Below are positions 7,599 through 16,169 of a DNA stretch of 36,182 nt, one piece after another (position 1 is the stretch's first letter; every line of letters starts with the position of its first letter). The translations under genes and the position numbers were made by a program. This DNA is from a virus (lineage: Duplodnaviria > Caudoviricetes). The notes under the pieces were generated by a model. The model was not told the DNA's origin, searched no databases, and worked only from the letters and a program-made list of their open reading frames with translations. The DNA is taken from the IMG/VR virus record IMGVR_UViG_3300011422_000012, positions 1 to 36,182 of that record; one strand, written 5' to 3'.

Positions 7599-9083
7599 GT
7601 GACCGTCCCGAAGTGGGCGACGACGTGGGCGGAGCACCACTGGAAGCTCGAGCCCGCCTCGCTCGCGCACCACCTCACCCGCGGGCGGTTCATGCGCCCG
7701 CCCCATATCGACCTCATCTCCGCCGAGCTCGCGCGCGCCGCGGTTGAACCACTCCGCCTAATCGTCGAGGTGCCGGTGCGCCACGGCAAGTCGGAGCTTA
7801 TCTCCCACTGGTTCCCCGTCTGGTACCTGACCATGTTCCCCGATCGGCGCGTGCTCTTCGGCTCCTACGAGGGCGACTTTGCCGCGAGCTGGGGGCGAAA
7901 GGTCCGCAACACGATCGAGGAGTTTTCCGCCCAGCTCGGGATCCAGGTCTCTGGCGACTCGAGCGCGGCGGATCGCTGGGACCTCGTCACCGGCGGCGGG
8001 ATGAATACGGCTGGGGTCAGCGGTGGATTCACCGGTAAGGGCGGGCACCTCCTCGACCTCGACGACATAGTCAAGAACCAGGAAGAGGCCGACTCCCGGG
8101 TGATCCAGGAGCGCAATTGGGAGTTCTTCGACTCCACGGCCATGACCAGGCTCGAGCCGATGGCGTCTGCCGTGCTCGTTATGTCGAGGTGGACCCTGGA
8201 CGACCTCTCGGGGCGTCTCCAGCGCGAGCAGCCTAACGTGTGGAAGGTGATTCGGCTCCCGGCCATAGCGGAGGAAGGGGACCCGCTCGGAAGGGCTCCT
8301 GGGGCCGCGCTGTGGCCTGAGCGCTATCCCGTCGAGGAGCTGCTCAAGGTCAAGGCCACCGCCCGCACGCGCACCTGGGCGGCGCTCTACCAGCAGCGCC
8401 CGTTGCCCGAGGAGGGGCAGCTCTTCCGCCGCTCCATGTTCCGGTACTACCGGGATGCCGGGGACCACTTCATCGCCAAGACCTCGGCCGGCGAGCGCCT
8501 GATCCCGAAGGACCAGGGATACACGTTCACCACGGCGGACCTCGCGATCTCCGAGAAGGAGACGGCCGACTACTGCGCCTTTGGGGCCTACTTCGTGTCG
8601 GCTCGGAACGAGCTCCTGAAGCTCGACCTGATCCGAGACCGAATCCCGGGGCCGGACCAGGAGCGGGTGATTCAGGACCTGCTCGAGCGTTGGCGCGGCG
8701 CCCGGGGCTGGGTCGAGAACACGCAATACCAGGCAAGCCTCGTGCAGCGGCTCGTGCGAATGGGGCTGCCCATCGTCGGGTTCAAGGCGGACCGGGACAA
8801 GACGTCGCGGGCGCAGACGCTCGCCTCCCGGATGGAGGCGGAGGCGTTCTTCCTGCCGGAGTCGGCGCCATGGCTCGGGGTGGCGGAGGCGGAGCTGCTC
8901 GAGTTCGGGCCGGGGTGCCCGCATGACGATATCGTCGACGAGATGTCGCAGGCGGCAATCGTGGTCGCTCAGTCCCCCGGCGCCCCGCGCATCCGCCGCG
9001 CCAACATCCCGATCCCGTCTCCGCGTATCCAGGGCTTGGCGCTCGCCACAAACACGCGCCGCCGGTCGCTGTTCGGAAAATAA
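7599..9083 (+). CDS. terL: terminase large subunit
   Basis: Walker A PVRHGKSEL, TGKGGHLLDLDDIVKN (Walker B), ALYQQRP, RNase H-like C-terminus TADLAISEKETADY...HDDIVD; directly precedes portal. Start GTG 7599 preferred over TTG 7575. Confidence 0.95.
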   Translation: MTVPKWATTWAEHHWKLEPASLAHHLTRGRFMRPPHIDLISAELARAAVEPLRLIVEVPVRHGKSELISHWFPVWYLTMFPDRRVLFGSYEGDFAASWGRKVRNTIEEFSAQLGIQVSGDSSAADRWDLVTGGGMNTAGVSGGFTGKGGHLLDLDDIVKNQEEADSRVIQERNWEFFDSTAMTRLEPMASAVLVMSRWTLDDLSGRLQREQPNVWKVIRLPAIAEEGDPLGRAPGAALWPERYPVEELLKVKATARTRTWAALYQQRPLPEEGQLFRRSMFRYYRDAGDHFIAKTSAGERLIPKDQGYTFTTADLAISEKETADYCAFGAYFVSARNELLKLDLIRDRIPGPDQERVIQDLLERWRGARGWVENTQYQASLVQRLVRMGLPIVGFKADRDKTSRAQTLASRMEAEAFFLPESAPWLGVAEAELLEFGPGCPHDDIVDEMSQAAIVVAQSPGAPRIRRANIPIPSPRIQGLALATNTRRRSLFGK

Positions 9084-9147
9084 TCCGATCGGAATACTTT
9101 CTATTAGCGCGCCAACGCATTGTAGCGACTAGCTTTAGCCTCAAAAC

Positions 9148-9173
9148 TAGTAGGCATTTGCCTACTATTGACA
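9148..9173 (+). promoter_or_regulatory. 9-bp inverted repeat (operator-like) abutting a TTGACA -35 hexamer
   Basis: TAGTAGGCA-TT-TGCCTACTA (9148-9167) then TTGACA (9168-9173) in an AT-richer gap before portal; no clear -10. Confidence 0.5.
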
Positions 9174-9211
9174 ACTTCCCACCCTTCCTGCGACAAGTCG
9201 TTCTAGGCCAA

Positions 9212-9224
9212 GTGGCAAACCGGG
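9212..9224 (+). promoter_or_regulatory. leader motif copy 1 (variant GTGGCAAACCGGG) upstream of portal
   Basis: One extra A versus the other copies; lies in the loop of CTAGGCC/GGCCTAG hairpin (9203-9229); T is 23 nt before GTG 9236. Confidence 0.65.
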
Positions 9225-9235
9225 CCTAGGGGAGA

Positions 9236-11407
9236 GTGGCAGGCCAAGAACAGCTTCCGCTAGTTACCGAGACCCGCGAGGTAGCGCGCATCGCGTCGAC
9301 CCCGACGCTTGTCCGCCGCGCCGCACGCCTCCCCATCGGCCCTTCCTCGCAGGGCTTCCTCACGTTCTCGAACTTCCAGCCCGCCGAGGAGTCCTTCGCC
9401 CTCTACGAGCGCTTGGGCTGGATCTACGCCGCCGTGCGGCGCGTCGCCCTCGACATCTCCGGGCTCCCGCGCAAGGTCTTCAGCGGGAAGGGCAAGCAGG
9501 AGCACCCGATCGAGTCGGGGCCGGTGGTGGAGCTCCTCGACAACCCGAACCCGCTGATGACGTTCTCGGACATCGTCGAGATCCAGGTTAGCTACCTCGA
9601 AACTCTCGGCGCCGCCTACCTGCTCTTTGACTCTCGGGTGCCCGCTATCTGGCCGCTCCGCCCCGACCGCGTCCAGCCGATCATTTCACCGCGCGCAGAG
9701 CTCGAAGGCTGGGAGTACCGGGCGAGCGAGAAGGTGCTCAAGCTCCCGCCCGAGGCGGTGATCCCGTCGACGTATTTGAACCTGCGCGAGCCGATCGGCG
9801 GAAGGATGTCGCCGCTCCAACCCGTCTCAATCCCCGCGCAGGCCATGATTGCCTCGATGCTCTGGAACGTGCGGTTCTTCGAGCGCGGCGCGGCTCCATC
9901 GGGCTTCCTGACGACCGACCAGGCGCTCACGGACGTCGAGTTCGAGCGCGTGATTGCGGACGTCGAGGAGAACTGGCAGGGCTCGCAGAACGCGCACGGC
10001 GTTCCGATCCTCGACAAGGGGATCAAGTTCGAGCAGCTCGAAGCGAACCACAAGGACATGGGATTCGAGGGGCTGCTCCGGCTCTCGCGCGAGGAAGTGC
10101 TCGGGGCGATGGGTGTACCGCCCGCAATCGTCGGCGACTTTAAGCAGGCGAACTACGCGCAAGTCGAGATGCAGTACAAGAGCTATTGGCGGCTCAAGGT
10201 CATGCCGATTGCTCGGCGCCTCGAAGAGACGTACTCGCGATTCATGCTCCGGCAATTGGCACCCCAGGAGCGCATGCGGTTCGCGTTCGTGTTCTCGGGT
10301 GTCGAGGCATTGCAGGAGGACCGGAACGCAAAGGCCGCGCGCGAAGAGATCATGATTCGGACGGGGCTGCGGAACCGTGCCGAGCTCCGCGAGGCGGATG
10401 GGCTCAAGCCCTACGAGGGCGCAGACGAGTTCCTGCTCGCGCAAGGGCTCGTACCCGCGCGCCCGAAGGCTGAATTGGATGCTCGCGAAAAGGAGCGGGC
10501 GGAGGCCGCTCGGCCCCCCGGCGGTGGTGCTCCGCCCGCTCCCGGCAAGAAGGCGGGCGATGAGATCGAGACTCGCGCGAGCGACGAGCGCCGGGCGGCG
10601 ATCATTCGCCGTTTCGATGCGAAGCTCCGCCGCGCCGAAGTCCGCATGGCCGACTACTGGCAAGATGTGCTTTTCAGGCTCGAGCGCGAGGTCATTAGTC
10701 GGGTTCGGCAGCGGCCGCCAGTTTTAACGGGTCGCACCCCCGATGAGGAACCTCCGCTTGGGCCTATCCCCCTGCCGTTCCCGCTCGAGACGTATCTCCC
10801 CGAGTCCGCCGAGTACATCGCCGCGGTACAGACGGGACACGCCGCAATCTTCCGCCGGCTCATTGCCGAGTTCGGTGGCGAAGCGCTCGACGAGATCGGC
10901 TCCGAGTTCGCATTCGACGTCGGCACCCCGCGCGTGATTGAGACGATCATCCATGACGAGGAGCAGATCGGACGCTCGACTGCGCGGTTGCTCGATGACG
11001 TGAAGGAGGAGCTCGAGGCGGGGCTGAACCAGGGCGAGAGCATAGGCGACATGGCGAAGCGCATTCGCCAGGCGGTGGCGGATTCGGCGGAGACCCCGGC
11101 GCGGGGCGGCTCCTACGTGCGCTCGGAACGGATCGCGCGCACGGAGGCTCACTCGGCGGCGGGCTTCGCACGGATGGAGGGGTACCGACAAACCGGCGTC
11201 GAGGAGCATCAATGGTCCTCCTCGCACGATCAGTTCGTGCGCGATAGCCACAAGGACATGGACGAGAACCAAGAGACGGTGCGCGTCGGCGAGCCCTTCT
11301 CGAACGGCTGCACGTACCCGGGTGATGACGCGGGCGGGGCGGGCGAGGTGATCAACTGCCGGTGCTTGACGCTGCCCGTGGCGCAGGCGATGCGGGTGGC
11401 AGCGTGA
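9236..11407 (+). CDS. HK97-type portal protein fused to C-terminal MuF (phage head morphogenesis) domain
   Basis: Portal: WIYAAVRRVA, LLDNPNPLMT, WPLRPDRV, FFERGAAPSG, GVPPAIVG...NYA. MuF: ERIARTE...W....D..VRDSH...GEPFSNG..YPGD...EVINCRC. GGGGAG SD. Confidence 0.9.
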   Translation: MAGQEQLPLVTETREVARIASTPTLVRRAARLPIGPSSQGFLTFSNFQPAEESFALYERLGWIYAAVRRVALDISGLPRKVFSGKGKQEHPIESGPVVELLDNPNPLMTFSDIVEIQVSYLETLGAAYLLFDSRVPAIWPLRPDRVQPIISPRAELEGWEYRASEKVLKLPPEAVIPSTYLNLREPIGGRMSPLQPVSIPAQAMIASMLWNVRFFERGAAPSGFLTTDQALTDVEFERVIADVEENWQGSQNAHGVPILDKGIKFEQLEANHKDMGFEGLLRLSREEVLGAMGVPPAIVGDFKQANYAQVEMQYKSYWRLKVMPIARRLEETYSRFMLRQLAPQERMRFAFVFSGVEALQEDRNAKAAREEIMIRTGLRNRAELREADGLKPYEGADEFLLAQGLVPARPKAELDAREKERAEAARPPGGGAPPAPGKKAGDEIETRASDERRAAIIRRFDAKLRRAEVRMADYWQDVLFRLEREVISRVRQRPPVLTGRTPDEEPPLGPIPLPFPLETYLPESAEYIAAVQTGHAAIFRRLIAEFGGEALDEIGSEFAFDVGTPRVIETIIHDEEQIGRSTARLLDDVKEELEAGLNQGESIGDMAKRIRQAVADSAETPARGGSYVRSERIARTEAHSAAGFARMEGYRQTGVEEHQWSSSHDQFVRDSHKDMDENQETVRVGEPFSNGCTYPGDDAGGAGEVINCRCLTLPVAQAMRVAA

Positions 11408-12903
11408 CGCTCATCGTCTCGCCGCCCAAGGCGAACCTTGAGGGCTGGTGGAAATGTGACGAGGCTCAGGGCCCGGGCGCTGGATCCACGCGCGATGACT
11501 CCTGGATTAACCAGCTCCACTTGAGCCCGCTGCCGAATGCCGTTGCGCAGTCGACCACGATCAAGCGGCTCACGATCGGGTCCGCGGGGCTTTTTGCCAC
11601 CGATGGCCTGGTGCGTACGGACTCGACGCTAACGTCCACCTTCCCCGGCAAGAATGGCGGCAGCACGTCAGCTTTCACGGCGGGATGCTTCGTGCATCCG
11701 GCAGCGGCCGGCGCGGGCTCTGATTACATCATGTGCAAGGATGGGAGTTTCCTTCTTTACTATGCCTATACCGGGACCAAGATATCGGCGCAGATCGGCG
11801 GGTTGACCGCGATTGCATCCAATGCCGTCAATCCGGTCTCGAGCTGGTATTGCGCGGCCATCCGCTGGGACGGCGCCGAGTTCTCGCTCTGGATTGCTGG
11901 CGTCAAGCAAACAGCCGTCACGGCTGTTGTCTCGATGGTGCATAACGCGAATCCATTCGTGATCGGCGCCCAGGATAGTGCGGGGACGAACTTCCTGAAC
12001 GGTTACGTGAACGATGCGTTCGTGTTCTCGCGGGCACTTTCCGACGCCGAGATGCGGAAAATCTCGATGGTGGGGCCAACCGCTTTCTTCACGCCGATCA
12101 TGGGGCTTGTCGGTTCGTGGCCGATGGATGAGGCGGCGGGATCGACGCGTTATGACATCAGCCCCGGATTTACGCATCTTGTGCAAAACGGCACCGTGCC
12201 GCAGCAAACGGGGATTTTCAAAGAGGGCACCGCGTCCGCCGGCAAGTTCTCGACGACGCCGAGTTGTCTTAAGTGTCTAGACGTTGACCTTCCTAGTCGA
12301 TTCCCCGCGAAGAACGGGGACGCGGCGATCGAGTGGACGATCGGTGCCTGGCTATACCAGGACACGACCACGACCACATGCGTGTTCAAGAAGGGCACGG
12401 CGATTGAGTTGCAATGGGGTAACCCGGCGCCGAATAAATACGGGCTGCTTTTCAACAATACGCTGTTTCTGGTTTCGGCGGACCAGGCGATTCAGACGTG
12501 GGTGCATGTGGTGGCGCGCTGGCGTGGCGAGGATGACAACCTCCTAGATTTCATTATCAACGGCGTCAAGCAGGTGGGCGGTACTGGGCAGACCACGAAC
12601 CCTGGCAATGTGTCTGACCTGTTCGTCGGCGCGCAGTCGGCAGCCAACGCGCTCCCGATGCAGGGCTATATTGACGAAGTATTCGTCTTCAACCGCGCGC
12701 TGGCTGACGAGGAAATCCTTGACGTCTATAACGGTGGATTGAGCAGTTTCGTGACGCCTTCGTTTGGGAGCGGAATGATCCAGGGCGCTCCGGCACATGG
12801 CAAAAAGATTCCCAAGCCCAACCTGAAATACCCCGCGCGCGGGCAGCGCACGGGCGGCGTCAGCGGTGGCGGGCGCAGAAAGGGATCAGGGGCGAGATGG
12901 TGA
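11404..12903 (+). CDS. virion-associated protein with two LamG/ConA-like jelly-roll domains
   Basis: Internal duplication: LEGWWKCDE...GYVNDAFVFSRALSDAEM and LVGSWPMDE...GYIDEVFVFNRALADEEI; GTGA-coupled to portal. Confidence 0.85.
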   Translation: MTLIVSPPKANLEGWWKCDEAQGPGAGSTRDDSWINQLHLSPLPNAVAQSTTIKRLTIGSAGLFATDGLVRTDSTLTSTFPGKNGGSTSAFTAGCFVHPAAAGAGSDYIMCKDGSFLLYYAYTGTKISAQIGGLTAIASNAVNPVSSWYCAAIRWDGAEFSLWIAGVKQTAVTAVVSMVHNANPFVIGAQDSAGTNFLNGYVNDAFVFSRALSDAEMRKISMVGPTAFFTPIMGLVGSWPMDEAAGSTRYDISPGFTHLVQNGTVPQQTGIFKEGTASAGKFSTTPSCLKCLDVDLPSRFPAKNGDAAIEWTIGAWLYQDTTTTTCVFKKGTAIELQWGNPAPNKYGLLFNNTLFLVSADQAIQTWVHVVARWRGEDDNLLDFIINGVKQVGGTGQTTNPGNVSDLFVGAQSAANALPMQGYIDEVFVFNRALADEEILDVYNGGLSSFVTPSFGSGMIQGAPAHGKKIPKPNLKYPARGQRTGGVSGGGRRKGSGARW

Positions 12904-13709
12904 CTAGCATTTACCGCGATTGGCAGGCCGGCATGCGCACCCCGCGCGGGCGCCTGGCCTATCTCGGCGAGAACGTGTTCCGCGCGTGCAACTCGGAGAT
13001 CACCGAGCGCGCACCCGAGGACAAGGATGACGCGCGCCTCGTCGTGTCGGGCTACTTCTCCACGTCCGATCCCGACATCGACAACTTCGTCATCAAGTCA
13101 AAGGGCTGGGAGGCGGGCCTGCCCGTCTACCTCGAACGCAATCCGATGTTCCTCTGGATGCACGATCCCATGTTCCCGATTGGGCGCGCCCTGTCGGCGG
13201 AGCCGCGGAAGCGTGGGCTGTTCGGTGCTACTGAGTTCGATCCCGACGACGAACTTGCGACGAAGCTCTACCGGAAGACCAAGGCCAAGTTTCTCGGTAC
13301 GTACTCGGTCGGATTCCGCGCGACCAAGGAGCCGCGCTTCGAGGAAGACACGATCTTCTTCGACGAGATGCAGCTTATGGAAGTCTCGCTCGTCTCGATC
13401 CCCGCGAACATCAACGCGGTGGTCACTGAGCGCGCGTTCGACGAGGAAGCCGTCGTGCAGCGCATGGTAACGGCAGCCGGGGACAAGTGGACGCTGGCCG
13501 CGGATAACGCGGTCGCCGAGGTCATGCGGCGCGCGAGCATCGAGATCCAGAGTGCCGTTGGCGACATCCGCAAGGGGCTCGTGCTGGATGCCGCGAAGGC
13601 GTTCGAGGAGCGGGTGGGGACGGTGGCGGACCTCGTCAACAAGGCGTGCACCAAGCGCGAGGTGCTCCAAGCCCTCGACAACTTCAAGCCCTTCGAGAAG
13701 CAGGGATAG
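12897..13709 (+). CDS. HK97-family prohead (maturation) protease
   Basis: VSGYFST...D, NPMFLWMHD...PIGR, YSVGFR, LMEVSLVSIPANINA; extra helical C-terminus. Confidence 0.92.
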   Translation: MVTSIYRDWQAGMRTPRGRLAYLGENVFRACNSEITERAPEDKDDARLVVSGYFSTSDPDIDNFVIKSKGWEAGLPVYLERNPMFLWMHDPMFPIGRALSAEPRKRGLFGATEFDPDDELATKLYRKTKAKFLGTYSVGFRATKEPRFEEDTIFFDEMQLMEVSLVSIPANINAVVTERAFDEEAVVQRMVTAAGDKWTLAADNAVAEVMRRASIEIQSAVGDIRKGLVLDAAKAFEERVGTVADLVNKACTKREVLQALDNFKPFEKQG

Positions 13710-14371
13710 TGCGCAAGCTCCTCGCCTCAGACTACGCGCGCGGGATGGAAGCGCTTCGCAATCGCGAGCACGGCAAGCATGCGCTCGTGATCGGGAACTC
13801 GCCCTGGCGGAAGCATTTCCCCGTAAGCGCGTGGTTCGGGCCGACGATCGCTTGTAACGCCTACTACCGCGACGCCGACCGCTTCCCGTCGTACATCGTG
13901 GCCTTCGACTCGAACATGATCCGCGAGCTGGTCGAGGCGCACGCCTACCGTGACGCCGCATGCGTATTCCGCGCGAACGAGTGCCGCCCGAAGGTGCTGG
14001 AAAGCGTGCCGGCCGAGGAGCGCGGCCAGTGGTTTCACCTGGACGATCCGAGTTTCGACCCGGAGCGCCGTGGGGCGTTCGGCTCGCAGGCGGGGACATT
14101 GGCCGTGGTGCTCGCCGGCTGGCTCGGGTGCGCGTCGCTCACCTTGGTCGGTTTTTCGCTCTCGCTCGCGAATATCTACGCGGGCAGCAAGGAGTACGGA
14201 AACGCGACACCCACGGAAGACAACCCCGGATCACGGGGCCAAGACTTCTCGCGCATGCGGAAGGCTTTGGAAGAGTTCGGCCGCCTTTCGCCGGGCGCTT
14301 CGATTCACTGGATAGCACCAGGGGAATGGATGCTGGCGAAGCTCGACCAAGGAGCGGTGGCAGTCCGATGA
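13709..14371 (+). CDS. DUF115/MptE-like (Maf/sialyltransferase-like Rossmann fold) protein
   Basis: ALVIGNSP, TIACNAYYRD..PSYIVAFD, AGTLAVVLAGWLG...TLVGF...NIYAG motif set. Confidence 0.65.
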   Translation: MRKLLASDYARGMEALRNREHGKHALVIGNSPWRKHFPVSAWFGPTIACNAYYRDADRFPSYIVAFDSNMIRELVEAHAYRDAACVFRANECRPKVLESVPAEERGQWFHLDDPSFDPERRGAFGSQAGTLAVVLAGWLGCASLTLVGFSLSLANIYAGSKEYGNATPTEDNPGSRGQDFSRMRKALEEFGRLSPGASIHWIAPGEWMLAKLDQGAVAVR

Positions 14372-14389
14372 AGTCAAGGGGACACAAGC

Positions 14390-14399
14390 TGGCAACCGG
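14390..14399 (+). promoter_or_regulatory. leader motif copy 2 (TGGCAACCGG) upstream of major capsid
   Basis: Exact 10-mer, 24 nt before GTG 14414. Confidence 0.75.
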
Positions 14400-14413
14400 A
14401 GACAGGCCAATGC

Positions 14414-15949
14414 GTGGAAACCCCGATCGAGGAGCGCCTGGTAAAGATCCAGCGCGACATTTCGGAACAATGGGACGCGGAGAAGAAGAAGATCGGCGCC
14501 GATCTCACTGAGCGATATACACGAGCGGAAGTCGACGAGCGACTCGGCCAGCTCAAATCCTCACTCGACGAGGATCTGAAGCGGAAGGTCGAGGAGCTAG
14601 TCAAGGCGTCGCACGAGGACCCGCGCTATCGCGTGGACCTGGTGCCGCGTCGTGAGTTCTCGTTCTACCGCTCGATGGCGAAGACGTCTACGACCCAGGA
14701 AGACTCGTGGGCGATCTATCGCGACTTCCTGACGTCGCACTCGGACCAGAAGGACGTCGAGCGCTTCCAGTACCTTTCCTCGCGCCTTGCGATTATCAGC
14801 CTGGGCGCGCGGCTATCCGGCAAGACCAACTACGTCGCCGCTGCGTCGAAGAACATCCAAGTCCGGAAGTGGTGGCACGAGTATCGCCAGCTCCAGATGG
14901 AGTTCTTCCCGGACGAGTTCTATCAGCGCGCCTTCGACACGCAAGCTATCAACGGGGCGCAGGGTGAATCGCTCTGGGTGCCCGACGTGCTCGGCGCCGA
15001 CCTCATGCGCTACTTGGAGATCCGCGGCGCGGTGCTTCCGAACATCCGCAGCTTCCAGCTTCCGGCGGCTCTCTGGCGCTGCCCGATCACCCTGGCTGCT
15101 GGCAAGGCGCACGGGTTCCGCGAAGTCGTGGCGGCTCCGACGTCTTACCCCGATCCTACCGGGGCGCAGATGTATGACGACGCGAGCGCGCCGTTCGGTC
15201 GTGTCACGTTCGACGTGGCCCGCTTCCGGTCGGTGATCATCTCGACTCGTGAGTTCATCGAAGAGTCAATCATCCCGATGATCGAGTGGACCATCGGCGA
15301 AGCAATGGACGGGATCCGGCGCGCCGCAGAAGACACGTTCTTCAACGGCGACAAGACCTCGCCCGGTATCGACTCCGAAACTTCCTACGCCGCGGCTTCG
15401 CCCACCGGCCGGGTCGACAACAAGATCCTGTGGAACGGCGTGCGCGCGAATGCTGCGGCTTCGGGTGTGACGCTCGTGCTGGGTGCTGGAAGTGGCGACT
15501 TCCCGGATTTCGTGCTCGCAAAGCAGCGGTGCGGCCGGTACGCAATCGAGCCGAGCGACTGGCTCTGGTGCTGCTCGCCGGCTTCGTACCTCGATCTGCT
15601 CGACGTGGGTGAGTTCGCGACTGTTGAGAAGATTGGCGAGCGGGCAACTGTCGTCACCGGGCAGGTTGGCGCGATCCTCGGCTCGCCGGTGGTCGTATCC
15701 GAGTACGTGCCCTCGAACGTCTCGGCGTCTGGCTACCAGACGACCTCGACCAACAACACCACGATGGTCATTGGATTCCACCGGCCGAGCTACTGGCTCG
15801 GGAACTGGCGCGGGATCACGACTGAGACGGATCGCCAGGCGATCGTCAACCAGGACTACGTCTACGCCTGGTACTCGGCGGACCTGCAAAAGATGCGGGC
15901 TGCTAGCGAGAAGACCGAGAACGTGATCATCAACATCGCAGTGGCCTAG
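14414..15949 (+). CDS. major capsid protein (HK97 fold) with N-terminal coiled-coil/delta region
   Basis: Position after protease; WVPDVLGADLM, ISTREFIEES, EDTFFNGD, GAILGSPVVVSEYVP; first in-frame start after stop at 14369. Confidence 0.9.
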   Translation: METPIEERLVKIQRDISEQWDAEKKKIGADLTERYTRAEVDERLGQLKSSLDEDLKRKVEELVKASHEDPRYRVDLVPRREFSFYRSMAKTSTTQEDSWAIYRDFLTSHSDQKDVERFQYLSSRLAIISLGARLSGKTNYVAAASKNIQVRKWWHEYRQLQMEFFPDEFYQRAFDTQAINGAQGESLWVPDVLGADLMRYLEIRGAVLPNIRSFQLPAALWRCPITLAAGKAHGFREVVAAPTSYPDPTGAQMYDDASAPFGRVTFDVARFRSVIISTREFIEESIIPMIEWTIGEAMDGIRRAAEDTFFNGDKTSPGIDSETSYAAASPTGRVDNKILWNGVRANAAASGVTLVLGAGSGDFPDFVLAKQRCGRYAIEPSDWLWCCSPASYLDLLDVGEFATVEKIGERATVVTGQVGAILGSPVVVSEYVPSNVSASGYQTTSTNNTTMVIGFHRPSYWLGNWRGITTETDRQAIVNQDYVYAWYSADLQKMRAASEKTENVIINIAVA

Positions 15950-15951
15950 TT

Positions 15952-16147
15952 AGCGGCGGAAAGTGAGGCGCATGAATGCATGGTCGTTTGGAGCAGGAGC
16001 GAAGGGGGGTTCTTTTCCGGTATGCCACACCCTCAGGTGTACCACCACACATCCAAGACAGCCGAATGACCTTTCATAAGGCTGGGAGGATAGGTGGCGC
16101 CTTTCGCTCTCTCTGCGGCCATGCTTCATGCGCCTCCTTCCATTGCT
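15952..16147 (+). ncRNA. putative ~195-nt structured non-coding RNA
   Basis: Nested pairing by eye: 15965-76/16125-36 (12 bp perfect), 15978-86/16116-24, 15996-16006/16100-10, inner 16059-63/16080-84; many G-U pairs favour the + strand; contains antisense copy of the leader motif at 16012-16028. Confidence 0.7.
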
Positions 16148-16169
16148 TGAAGAAAGGACAGGTTCAGCA

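Noticed and set aside
14390-14403. Leader motif as a sigma-54 promoter (TGGCA at -24)
   Set aside because: None of the five copies has the TTGC -12 element at the required spacing.
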